From: Kudoa neothunni | Taxonomy: Eukaryota > Animalia > Cnidaria | Length of the DNA stretch: 64,000 nt | Direction: 5' to 3' | Assembly: GCA_964304625.1 (NCBI GenBank) | Contig: OZ199840.1 | Location: 9,408,882-9,472,881, forward strand | In this document: in pieces, positions 53,101-64,000 of the stretch | How positions within the stretch are numbered: position 1 is the stretch's first letter | Layout: each line of letters starts with the position of its first letter | Program-made: the position numbers and the translations under genes | The notes under the pieces: generated by a model | What the model was told of the DNA's origin: nothing | Seen by the model: only the letters and a program-made list of their open reading frames with translations | Databases searched by the model: none

Positions 53101-54050
53101 AAGGTGGCTCTGTAGCAAGGCTGAAGACAAGGTCCAGCTCTCTTCATCTCGGAGCAATTAGAAGAAAAATGAGAGTCATTAATATCTTTTATTCCAAAAT
53201 AGCAAATTTGTGAAGGTTTTGGATTTTGGAGTGTAATTGTATAATACTTATCATTGTTTTTATTTGATCCAGTTGCAATAAACCAATCCTCATCAAGATT
53301 CTTTGGATTCAACAAAATTTCTGGTAGGTGATTGTCGACTTCAACTACATACGTAGGTTGATGTGGTTTAGAATGTAGTATAATAGATTTGGATGTATAA
53401 AAAGCAGTTGACGATCCCTGAGTACGTATTAAAAGGAGATTTTCTTTGACAGTCAACTCGCGGCTTTCTTTACTTTGAACTGAAACAGTGAACGTACTAA
53501 TTGCTTTGGATACTGTCAGCGAGCTCTTTATGTAAAGATCTATTTTATTATATTAAAACATTTTCAAATAAGTTAATATACCTTTTATAGCAAAAACCTT
53601 CTTGGTAGGGCAGTTTTTCACATCGTCCTCATTCATACCTTGACACCATTTTATGTACTTAATGGTTTTAAAATCTTCACCACTGAGATTTAATTCAACT
53701 TTTTTACATTTGTAAATACACATATTTGAAGTAATATCCACTCTTCCATTAGTTGGTTCATTAGTGCATTTAGAGACTTCAATTTTCTCCCTATTTTGTC
53801 CATAGTATTGGAGTGCACAATGTCTGAAGCTATTTTCAATATTGTATCCAGAAAGTGAAATAAGATATTTATTTTCCTCGCGTGAAAAATTCATTTTCAT
53901 TATGTTGTTATCAATATTATCAGAGATCGCATTTTTTGCACATAACACTAATAACGATTAGTATATATAATCTCAAAGAAAACTACGAGTGAAAATGATG
54001 AGATATCTTGTAGAGGCATATCGTTGTCTCAACGACGATCTCATCATCAT
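47192..54050 (-). CDS. Large type I membrane protein with repeated Cys-rich FN3-like domains, about 23 exons, about 1,900 aa
   Basis: One continuous frame rebuilt through GT-AG introns (first 17 all phase 1). Signal-like start ...RYLIIFTLLCAKNAIS; repeated C..C-x4-5-C-x3-C..NL-x-x-x-T-x-Y-x-I-x-V modules; terminal helix YILYAMIPIVTSLLVVMGIAVY and tail KKNSKDASYDL*. Confidence 0.8.
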
Positions 54051-54549
54051 TAGCTCACTAGTTATGAATTAACAAAAAAAGTTTTATTTAAATTTATATC
54101 GATATGAATAGAAGAATTCAGCGTGCTAATTATTCATACGCTCAACTCAATTAAAAAAGCACTAACATCGATCTAACGATAAGATAATAACTATTCATGT
54201 GATAAAATCTTATGTAAATAGACAATCATCTTTTCGAGTATTATTGATTGTTTCTGATGTCCCAACTCTCACGTTCTTCATTGACTCAAATGATTTTTAT
54301 CTAATATACAGGAAATATTATTTTAATATTCTTTTATAAAACGCATATAATTTTTCGTTAAAATTCCATATCACCGATTTGAGATAAATCAGGTTAACCC
54401 ATGGAGGGTTTCGTTCCCTTTTCGGCCCCTCATTGTTGTCTCTCTAAGAATTTTAATATTTCGTCGATGAGTATTATATCATGTATTAGTTCATTTTAAA
54501 TTTAATTAAAAATAAAACTTCAATTATGAATTTACATCTTTTGAGATTA

Positions 54550-54700
54550 TCTACTATATAAAAAAACGGAAATCCGTGTGTTTGTGTGTACGCATTTTGC
54601 ATTTTTTATAGAGAGTAGGGTTGCCCTGATACCAACTTTGGCGCAGTATTCAATACTCCCCAAAAAGTACCGAAACTTAAAGCCGATACCAAGAAAATAT
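54550..54700 (+). mobile_element. Helitron-like 5' end followed by a hAT-like terminus
   Basis: A|TCTACTATATAAAAAAACGGAAATCCGTGTGTTTGTG, then TAGGGTTGCC at about 54616. Right boundary unknown. Confidence 0.4.
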
Positions 54701-55166
54701 CTTTTTTTTAAAACCAGTCCATAATGAAGAATAATATGTCAAATTACATTAAATGTATTAAGATATGTTTAAATTGGTGCTTTAAAATTATTCTAACATT
54801 TTTATAAATCTTTACAAATTTCACCATTGAATAATACAGAAAAATATTAGATTTGCAATATCCATTAGGTCTGTCAGTAAAATATCCGGTAATGATAAGG
54901 TACGCGGCACATAAAAAACTTCCTCTTACGCATTTTTCTCGGATTTCTTTTCTCACTATTCTTGATAATAAAATAAAAGAATATGTTGAGAAAAAATTCA
55001 ACTCAAACTAATAGCTTTCAAATTTTAAGAATTTTTCAACATTGATTTGATTTCTAATTTATTTTGATAATTATTCATAAATTGGTTCAATTTTGTATTT
55101 TTTTATCATATAAACACAAATTTTACAATATCAAATTTAATTATACAGGTTTTTATAGGTTTTAAG

Positions 55167-55254
55167 TAGGGAATGCTGTTTTTGATTAAAATCGATTTTC
55201 GTCGATTTAAACCGTCGAATTTTTGAAAATAAACGTCGAAAACGACATTCCCTA
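55167..55254. mobile_element. Tiny hAT-like MITE
   Basis: TAGGGAATG / CATTCCCTA inverted termini with internal repeated (G)TCGA motifs. Confidence 0.5.
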
Positions 55255-55846
55255 TTTATAAGCAAATTTTACGTAAAAAAATATGTCGCAACTATTAATG
55301 TACCAAAAATGACACAAATAAAATTTAAATGGATAGCATAAATTAACTCACAAATTTGGTGGAATTAGACGGAGAATACAGTTTAAAACTCATGGTACTC
55401 TTATCTCTTATAAATGACAAATTAAATAGTGCTCGGATTAATTTGATTAAGCCATAATAAATTCTAGTATCCCAACTATAAAAATATTGTTGACCAAACT
55501 TAAAATAAAATGTAGTTGAGTAAATAAAGATAGAAGTGATCAATTAGGTGTTTGGATGGTCGAAAGCAACTTGTAAAAATCTGTTAGATTTGGCGCACGC
55601 AGTTATTTCTTACAAACAAAAACTTGTTCACGTCTTCAAAAAATAAATAAGAATTTATAAAAATAATGCAATAAAAAAATTAAAATTTATATATTTTATT
55701 CTAAGGGCAATGCGCAATAAACAATATTTACTTTAACATTTTCGCCAATTTTCTACATTAACTGAATATTTATAGTAGAAAATTTCCAATGAATACTTGA
55801 AATAACTTAAATGGTTTGTAGAAATAGTAACTGTATTCACATGCTT

Positions 55847-55893
55847 ACAGCTACAGCTACGGCTACAGCCACAGCTACAGCTATAGCTACAGC
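55847..55893. repeat. (CTACAG)n hexamer tandem repeat
   Basis: About 8 slightly degenerate units, 200 bp upstream of the hnRNP start. Confidence 0.8.
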
Positions 55894-56090
55894 TTAACGA
55901 AGCGCTGATTGATTGTTCTCGTTAATATACTGCAGTATCATACCACAAGTGTATTGATATTAGATTTTGCGTATTCATTAAAAAAATGAAAACCACATTA
56001 ATCCAAACAATATTAAGTGAGAATACTAAACTCACGACTTGGAAGTGAAATTACCGGTTCAAGATCGGTAGCGTTCAATCAAAATCGGAA

Positions 56091-59000
56091 ATGGGTAAAA
56101 ACGCAAGGTATCACTTTGAGTTACCGCATACAATTTCCATGTTAACTCAATTATAGCTATGAATACTATGCAAAATTGGATGGATTGAGCTATTCGGCCA
56201 GTCCATCAGATGTGATAAATTTTTTGAATGGTAAGTAGTACAACTGATTTCCACATGGGACGGTGGTATCACATTGGCCTAGCAATAATGAGTTATTTTT
56301 AAAGATGTGGAAATAGTTGAAAGGGAAGGTGGTGTGAGATTTTTGAAAAATTCGGCGGGGCAACCTACTGGGGAGTGTGTGATAAAATTGGGGATTGAGG
56401 AAGATTTAAAAAAGTGAGATTACATCCACTTCTGTCAGTTTATAATGAGGCGATTATGTGTGAGGTGGTTTAAGTGGTTGGGTTTGTTTTGGGTGCATGC
56501 ATAATTGTTTAATCCACCCCATTTAGAGTACTTGCTTACCATGGGAAATACATGGGAAGACGTTATGTGAATGTGACCAGGTCGAATAGAAACGAATATG
56601 AGAACTCATTGAATTCGCCTATGAAAGAGTTTATTGTGCGACTACGAGGGCTACCCTATTCAGCCAAGATTGAGGATGTTGAGGATTTTTTTAAAGGTTG
56701 TCTATTTGAACGTTGTGACTGGTGTTAATGTGTACGAATAGACTTAGAGATTGTTAGCAATGGGATTTTCATTCCTAAGGAAGAAGGAGGTCGCCCGTTA
56801 GGAATCGCTTTTGTTCACTTTGTAAATCAAGACAACTACAACAAAGCGTTCACTTATGACAAAAAGAATATGGGATCAAGGTGAATGCGCATTAGACAAA
56901 TTGCTAAATTTTTGGCGCCTTTTCATTATCATTACCCCAATGCGGATAGGATACGTACGTTTCGATTTCCACTATGTATATTTGTATTTAGATACATTGA
57001 AGTTTTTGCTAGTTCATCAGATGAGCTGAATCGAAAATTGAATAGATATGAAAGTAGACCCACCACCCGAGGTTCCAGTCGTTATGGCTCGGGTTCACCA
57101 CCACCGCCTCAATACAATACTTCGAGACGATATTATGACAGAGCGGAATCCTATGACAGATATAGGTTGTTATTGGCACACCTACAATTTAATTGTTATG
57201 TGTTTGATTCCATAGTGACCCTCATCGACGTTCCACGAACTATAACAGGGATTATGAGGGTTATCGGGGACATTATGGAGTTAGCCCAGCCGGGGGCGGT
57301 CGTCATTACGACTCCGCTTACAGCAGATATTATTCTGGAGTCAACTCGACCATCCAACAACCCATACAGAATCCCAACTACCACGTGGTTCGTGTTGAAG
57401 GATTACCGTATGAAGCGACCAAAAATGAAATTCGACAGTTTTTCTCTCCCGAAAATCCCACCTACATCAATGTGATATTGGATAAGGGTGGTAGATCGAG
57501 TGGGTATGCGGATGTGTATTTCACGACACACGAGGAGTGTGTGAATGCGATGAAGAAGGATAACGATTATTTGGGTAATTTGAATGAATTGTTCACGCTT
57601 TCATATTTTAAATAAACAATTAAAAGCCAAAACAAAAGGTCGTTATAGGAGATTAATTTTTTGAGCTGTAGTGTTATGGGGCGCGGCAGTTTTTTAAATT
57701 TCCTGCTATCAACATCAACCTTCTAATGTTAATGTGTATGTAACGAAAATCAACTGCATTCCGATGAATTTTGGGATAACTAATATCACACGTTATTATG
57801 TGATCGTTTGTTACTAAAAATGTTTTAAGAGGAAATTTTGAAAATTTCAATGGATCCAACAAATGAGTAATGCGTTACAGAATCAATAAAATCGTTGATA
57901 ATCTCTATAATCCTACGAATGCCAATTTCGTCTACAACCGTCGCATTAGCTTTTAAGTTCAATTTGCTGTGTTGTTCTAATTAAAATATTAATCTACATA
58001 ATCCCTTATCCTATTTTCTTTTTGCCGTAAAATGCATTTAATGTAAACAAGATTCTCTAACATTTTCCGGATGATCCTTACAACAATATTCACTGCATAT
58101 TGCGTGTATAACGTTGGTTTTTATCCAATATAATATTCTTGGAGAAAATTCGCTTCTTGATAATTTAACTCGAGATTCCCTTCTACAAGGTATCTTGGAA
58201 TAATGAGGTTTGAAGACAGCTTAAGATTTCTGATTGCTATGTTGCCCTTACTTAATAATAGGCCATATAATTCCGCCATCGTTTCAAAAATTTCATCGAT
58301 CTCATGAACTCCCTCCACATAATATCATCATCGAAAATCGTTTGTATACTGAATCACGTTATTTACTTACAACTTTTAAGCGTTATATCGTAGAATCTAG
58401 ACGACTGTAGGAAATCCTAAAACTTGTCGTTCATGCCATAAATTATTTATTGTTTAATTTTCGCTAAGAAAAACGGGGTATTTTTCTACCTTAAAATACA
58501 TTGGAAAACAGAAAATGTATATTTCCGCCAGTACTACTGTTAATACTTGTTATCTTAATTTGTAAATAACATTATTTTGAAGTAATACAGGTTATCTTTG
58601 AATGGGTGAAATCATGAATTATTCAATAAACAAAGCTTCGTTGGGATAGTTTTCTACTAAAAATCCATTAGAGCGGAATTCCCAACAATTCTTTAAGATT
58701 TAACCCCAAAACTTAGAAGTCACAGTCACATTTACTTTAAGATTTTGCACTGGTCTAGCTAACGCGGAAGATATTTCGGAAGTAGATTTTAATTTCTAAG
58801 GTATAAGTATGAGTGAGTATGAGTATGCGTATGCACTCTCGCCTTATGTCAATTTTTAATCATCAGAAACTTTCATTCATAAGCTGCCTAAAGATTTGAT
58901 TTTTTGGGTTCTATAAATTTAATTCTGTCCATGATTTCGCTGTTAAGGGCAGAAATAATTAAAAGTAGTAAAAATGCTTTAATGTGCAAATATCCACTTT

Positions 59001-60938
59001 ATGTATTTATTATTATTATTATTATTATTATTAGGCTACATCTATAAAAGGTAAACGGAACATAAAAGAAAGGGATCGATAAATAATTGTTAACGTTTTC
59101 TCCTAATAATACTTTAAAGATATCTGCCAACTTATTATTGAGTTTAATAGCCCTGAACAATGTAAATTTCTAGAAATTCTTGAGTACGTCATAAATCCCT
59201 TTATGCAATAATCTCCCTTATCAAATTTGGATGTCATTTAAAAGTTAACCCAAGGAATAAATTCACCTCCGGTTCAGAACCCCGCGTTAGAGGGTTAGTA
59301 ATTTTAAATTAATTTTATAAATGTTCAAAACTAAATCTCATCGGGCATATGAGCTAATATCAAATTTATTAATTAAATTTTGGCGACGTCGGTATTTGTT
59401 AAATATGAATCTTGTATTTTTTATAGAATCATCATAAAAATGAAATTCTCAGTATCATTTGAATGTAAGCAAGGTATTTTTCATTGGGATGTGTAATGAA
59501 GCATTTCATATGTGCGCGACATTTGAATTTTTCTGCTATTTATACAAAAAGCGTGGGTCAGAAATATGCGTGCATTAAGAGTTTTTTCCTTATTGGAAAA
59601 CATTTATACGTGCTTGAATGATTTAAGATATTTCAAAAATCTTTCAAACATTTAAAAATAGTGATGTTCGGGGTTTAAGTTTGTTAAAAGGATCAAGTTA
59701 TTTTCATAATAGACTCAAAATTGAATTTATTTCGGGTTATTGGTTGGTTAAAGTTAATATTCTCCTTTTTATGTTATGGTAGACTGTTAATTTAACAAAT
59801 AGTCTATCTTTATGTATAAAATGGTCGCGAACACAAATCACTTTTTATATGGGGACTTATTAATATATTTGACTTTGTAAGTGTACTTTAGAATTTCTAT
59901 CAATGGTTTTAAATATAACAAAAAGTTCCCCATTTTCTTGATTAATACTAAATTGGTAGTGTGCGTTATAATCAGATAAATTAAAGTAAAAAACTAGGAC
60001 TGTGCACTAGGTTTCATTGGAATCATCTGTTAAATTGTACTTCAAGTATTATTCAAATTTTCGCCTAGTTCTATAATTTTTGATATCTTTATGATTTTAA
60101 TCGTAGTTTCGCTAATCACAATCATCAATAGTATAATACTTTGAAAAATGTTTAGTTTAATTGGAAGGATTAATTTATTTGTTGAATAACACTAAGAGGT
60201 TTTTATATGAAAAATACTCACAATCCCGTACTGAGTGAGACTGAGCTGAACAGTTCGCGCTATCACTTTATTACTACTATTGTTATCATAAGGCAAATCA
60301 CTCTAACAAGGTCTCAATAGTTATCCGAATCTGTTTTGTTTTGTGTTCTGCTACATTGTTATAAATTGGTAACTTATTATTATTATTATGATTTGTTGAT
60401 AGGTGGGAGATACCTCAAGTTGAAAATGTTTTCGAAAAAATCCCCTTCGCCAATTCAAACCGCTGCCCCCTCGCAAACAACCAATACCTACTATCAACCT
60501 CCAAGGTATTTGAGCTTGTGTGCAATCTCAGGCATCACAGTGACACAGTTATTAACCATTTTCTTTTATAGTGAAATACCCCAAACAATACTCGCCAAAG
60601 AGATGATATATCAACCACAACCAGATCCTTATTCTTATCCAACAACATTTGCCTATCCTTTTTATCCTATGAATTATGGTTCTTATTACGGTGATATGGC
60701 GATATTGTCCAGTACAACACCATCCGCATCACTTCCTCAAAGTTATATACCTCCTCATATGTACACCACCAAACAACCTGGCGAAAACAACAACCCTTAT
60801 GCGCCACAAATTCCTATAATACCCTCTGCAGCAACTGACCAATTGTACAATGATAGATCATCGTCAGCTACAAACAATGAAACTCAAACAAATTCCAACT
60901 ATAACGAAAACAATAGCGCACAATTTCCTAAATATTAA
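56091..60938 (+). CDS. hnRNP F/H-family (three qRRM) RNA-binding protein, about 9 exons, with a 2.8-kb TE-filled intron (about 57575-60402)
   Basis: qRRM motifs KLDGLSY..MGRRYVNV, VRLRGLPY..MGSRYIEVF and VRVEGLPY..SGYADVYF..YLG|GRYLKL; RS/GY-rich linker and Y/P/Q-rich tail. Confidence 0.88.
57670..59294 (-). mobile_element. Decayed piggyBac-like element in the hnRNP intron
   Basis: End CCCGCGTTAGAGGG(TTAG) resembles the other piggyBac ends in the window. Weak transposase remnants (IDE, HIITCD). Left boundary approximate. Confidence 0.5.
59500..60050 (+). mobile_element. Helitron remnant related to 14951-16116
   Basis: Diverged inverted similarity, e.g. TTTTTTCCTTATTGGAAAACATTTAT vs the reverse complement of about 16022-16047. 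Confidence 0.5.
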
Positions 60939-61030
60939 TGTTTTATTGAGCTGAAGTGGAACTTTTTTTGGTTTGTTTATTGTTCAAAATTTTTTCCGCT
61001 GAATAAAATTCTCATTAATGATGAGATACA

Positions 61031-62186
61031 TTAAAATTGGGGGTTACCTTGGTCAACGTCCATCCCAAGCATTAACAAATAGTGATAACGAACATCTTTT
61101 TTTACAAGAGCTCGTATATATTTGTTGCTGTGGTATCCAGCGATGTAAACAATCCTATTTGTGAAAGATAATTTAGATTGGGGGAGTGAATTGAAGTGAT
61201 TTCACGAGAAAAAACCGTGTTTTAATTTATTGGACGCGATATGCTGCTTACTTGGTCTGATTGGTAGCGGCTGTTGTTATCTCAACCTTAAATATAATCG
61301 ATCCATTCACTGGAAATCACATATAAATTAACCACCAATAGTTATAATCGGAAATAGATTACGTGTTTCGTTCAACTGATTCAAGAGATTCTCTGCGAGA
61401 GTAACAAACTCAGTGCTGTGGCTTTCCACAACAGTTAAATCGTTCTTCTCAACCTCTTCTTTAATAAGAAATTCATAAAGGAGTTTTTGGTCAATCGTAA
61501 ATATTCGCTTGGTTATTTTATTTCGAAACATGTATAGTGCCTTGTTTGTCATGGAAATGAACTAAAAACAACCCGTCTTATTATTTTATTATTACCTCCT
61601 GTACAATCCTATAATCGCGGAAAGAGGATCTCTCATTGACATAGGATTTTAAATTTGATTTAACTATGGTTCTGACTCCGCATGTCATCACCTAATTGAG
61701 AATATATTATATTATATGAAATTAACCACCCTAAGTTTTTCTTTGTTGTTCTCAGCTAATTGAGCAACAATGTTGGTAGTCAAGTAAATTAGATTTTTCT
61801 CAGATTCTTTATCAGATCGGACCACAGCTTGGAGCCCTTCGGGTAACTTTTCAATCCCGTAAAAATCTCTACAATATCAATTAGAATGTTAGTTAAAAAT
61901 ATGGTTGATAGTTACAAAATAGATTCCATTTGTGGATCATCTACGTTGATGGAAGAAACAACAATTCCCCCTTTGACTGCACTGGTGCCAGTAGTTGTTT
62001 GTAATGCGGGTTCTGATTCATCCAATTGATCTATTACGTTGCTGATTTTTATGATGAATTCGTGGATTCAGATACCCTTGGTTTTTGAAACTCCAATAGT
62101 CTTTCTTACTTTAGCGCTGGGATCTTTCACAAAACAAGCAATAAAAAATCCTCCTGTATCTTGTAGATGAGGGTAGATTCGACGGC
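61031..62186 (-). CDS. NSUN2: tRNA cytosine-C5 methyltransferase NSUN2/Trm4, 3' exons only
   Basis: RRIYPHLQDTGGFFIACFVK motif, FYGI, KNLIYLT, GSIIFKV and RYHYLLMLG. Upstream exons lie beyond the TE-filled intron or outside the window. Confidence 0.85.
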
Positions 62187-62550
62187 TATACAACATCAAA
62201 TTGATATTGAATAAATATATTTCGGGAAGTGAAAATATTTTTAAGTATTTAGTATCAATTAAAAACTTCATAACAACATAAAACAGCTTACCAATAATGA
62301 ATGTTGAAGTTTGAAATTTCTTCCGGGGTTAAACTGTCCTAAATAAATATTAATTTCAATCCAAACAATTTATGTACGGATTGTAAAAATATACTTCAAT
62401 ACAGCTTTTAAAATTGAAATAAATTTAATTGTTTACGCAAAATTCACTGCGAACTAAAATATTTATAAATATAAAAAATATTATAACTTGTTTCATCAGA
62501 ATTTCATTTGACAGATATTACCTATAGCTATTCTATGTTCAAATTATATA

Positions 62551-63420
62551 CAATAGGTGGTGATCGACTTTCCGTGCTTTTTTTGATGCGAGCGCAAACA
62601 ATTAAAATATTTTGTATTGAAGTGATATAATAAAGTTCATAATTATAAATTTGTAGAAAAAATGTTATCCTCTTAACATAAATTTAAGAAAATCTGGCGG
62701 CTATGTATTTAGATCGCTGTCATTTTCAATAATGCAATTTTTAGTCGAAATACTATTGTAGTTGGACTTTGTAAAATACATAAATTATTCGTTGATTGAG
62801 AGATAGTAATAAACTTGCAGAAGTTTTTTTTTTAAATATGAGAATGATGTTATATAATTTAGTTTCATGATGAAAAGTTAAGCTACTGAAATATAGATAT
62901 AAATTTTAAATAGTGTTTATGAAATTATTATTTTAACAAATTAAGTATATTTTAAATGTTTCATCATCACTTTGTCTTTCTTTATTTACTCAAATTGAAC
63001 GGTTAAATTTTTTCAGTCGTTAAAAACCGTTAATTCTTGTGATGGCAAATCAAAGGATGATATAAACAACCCCTAGAATTGGACATATAAAATTAGCGCA
63101 TCAATCATTTTAGATCTCTTTTCTGGATGTGAATTGGATTCCAGGCGCAAATCAAAGTTTACTTTAGAAAATTTGTACATATTAAATAATCTGCATTGTT
63201 TTGTTGAGTGCATAATATAGTTTAATGTAAATTGTACAAAAAAAGGCGGTAGAAGATCTTGCAGCAATATCACTCAATTTGGTTTACCATTTATGATAGC
63301 AGTTTTGAGCGGATAAATGACCACTCAAGAAAATTAACCATTTTTAAATTAAGGCGCGCTGTATTACCATAAAATCTGATAAATGTAATAATTATTTTGA
63401 ATTGAATTTTTTTACACATT
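62551..63420. mobile_element. Second (inverted, insertion-free) copy of the element at 23326-31308
   Basis: Reverse complement aligns by eye with about 23860-24526 and continues directly into 31182-31308. It probably extends further right. Confidence 0.8.
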
Positions 63421-64000
63421 TAATTGTCAATTTTTATTTCATAGATTTTTAAAAGTCAATCGATCCTAATTAAAAAAATATTAATTTTATGATCAAAATA
63501 GCTATTGGACTCAATTTCATGAAAAAAAGCCACGTAACCTATGAGGAAGCCTCACAGAAGTTAAACTTCCCTCACTCATTAGTCAAAATTCTTGATTCAA
63601 ATAAGTTAATAGAAATAAGAAAGTGAAACCATAATTCTCATAGAGGTTAAAATTATTAAAAATTCAATCAATTAATTTTTAAAGCGAAACGAGATCCTTG
63701 CATATTGATTTTAAATTAAATGGAACTCGCTTCATTTATTCAATAAACATTATTATTTTATTTCAATATTGATATCCTAAACAAATAATTCCAAAAACAA
63801 AGAGAGAAACTCTCGTAGTTCCAGTCGAAATCACTCAACAAGATATTTATTAATGCCTTACCTAATTTTTAAACCATTAATTTGGCAATTATCAAAAGTA
63901 AACGAAAATAATCTCTGATTATACAGAGTAAAAAAAACTTTTTGAAATTTTAAACTGGATTAGAATAAAATTTAAATACAAAATTATTAAAATATTGTAA

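Noticed and set aside
55847-55893. CRISPR-like or telomeric array
   Set aside because: Simple degenerate hexamer without spacers, in an interstitial eukaryotic context. No CRISPR, rRNA or tRNA gene was recognised anywhere in the window.

Overview
AT-rich eukaryotic (animal) genomic DNA with short GT-AG introns (mostly about 39-90 nt), strongly diverged metazoan genes and intergenic space filled with decayed transposons. A streamlined parasite such as a myxozoan is my best guess; this is inference and was not tested. Host genes reconstructed by hand: the 3' end of a single-pass membrane protein, Rab6, a perilipin, a secreted five-domain atypical Kunitz protein, MRPS23, RHBDD1, Max, a ~23-exon ~1,900-aa Cys-rich FN3-like type I surface protein, an hnRNP F/H-type protein and the 3' part of NSUN2. 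Mobile DNA includes piggyBac, hAT, Tc1/IS630-like, pogo/Tigger, MULE and Helitron remnants, a solo LTR and one intact Ty3/Gypsy element. The most notable items are (i) the 3.9-kb Gypsy element with identical 100-bp LTRs, whose single ORF starts in the 5' LTR and stops in the 3' LTR, leaving only 61 nt non-coding per unit, (ii) the surface protein built from a triplicated cassette of phase-1 exons with a micro-exon-encoded polybasic stalk, and (iii) the Kunitz protein in which four of five domains lack the reactive-loop disulfide. All gene models are manual and lack transcript support.
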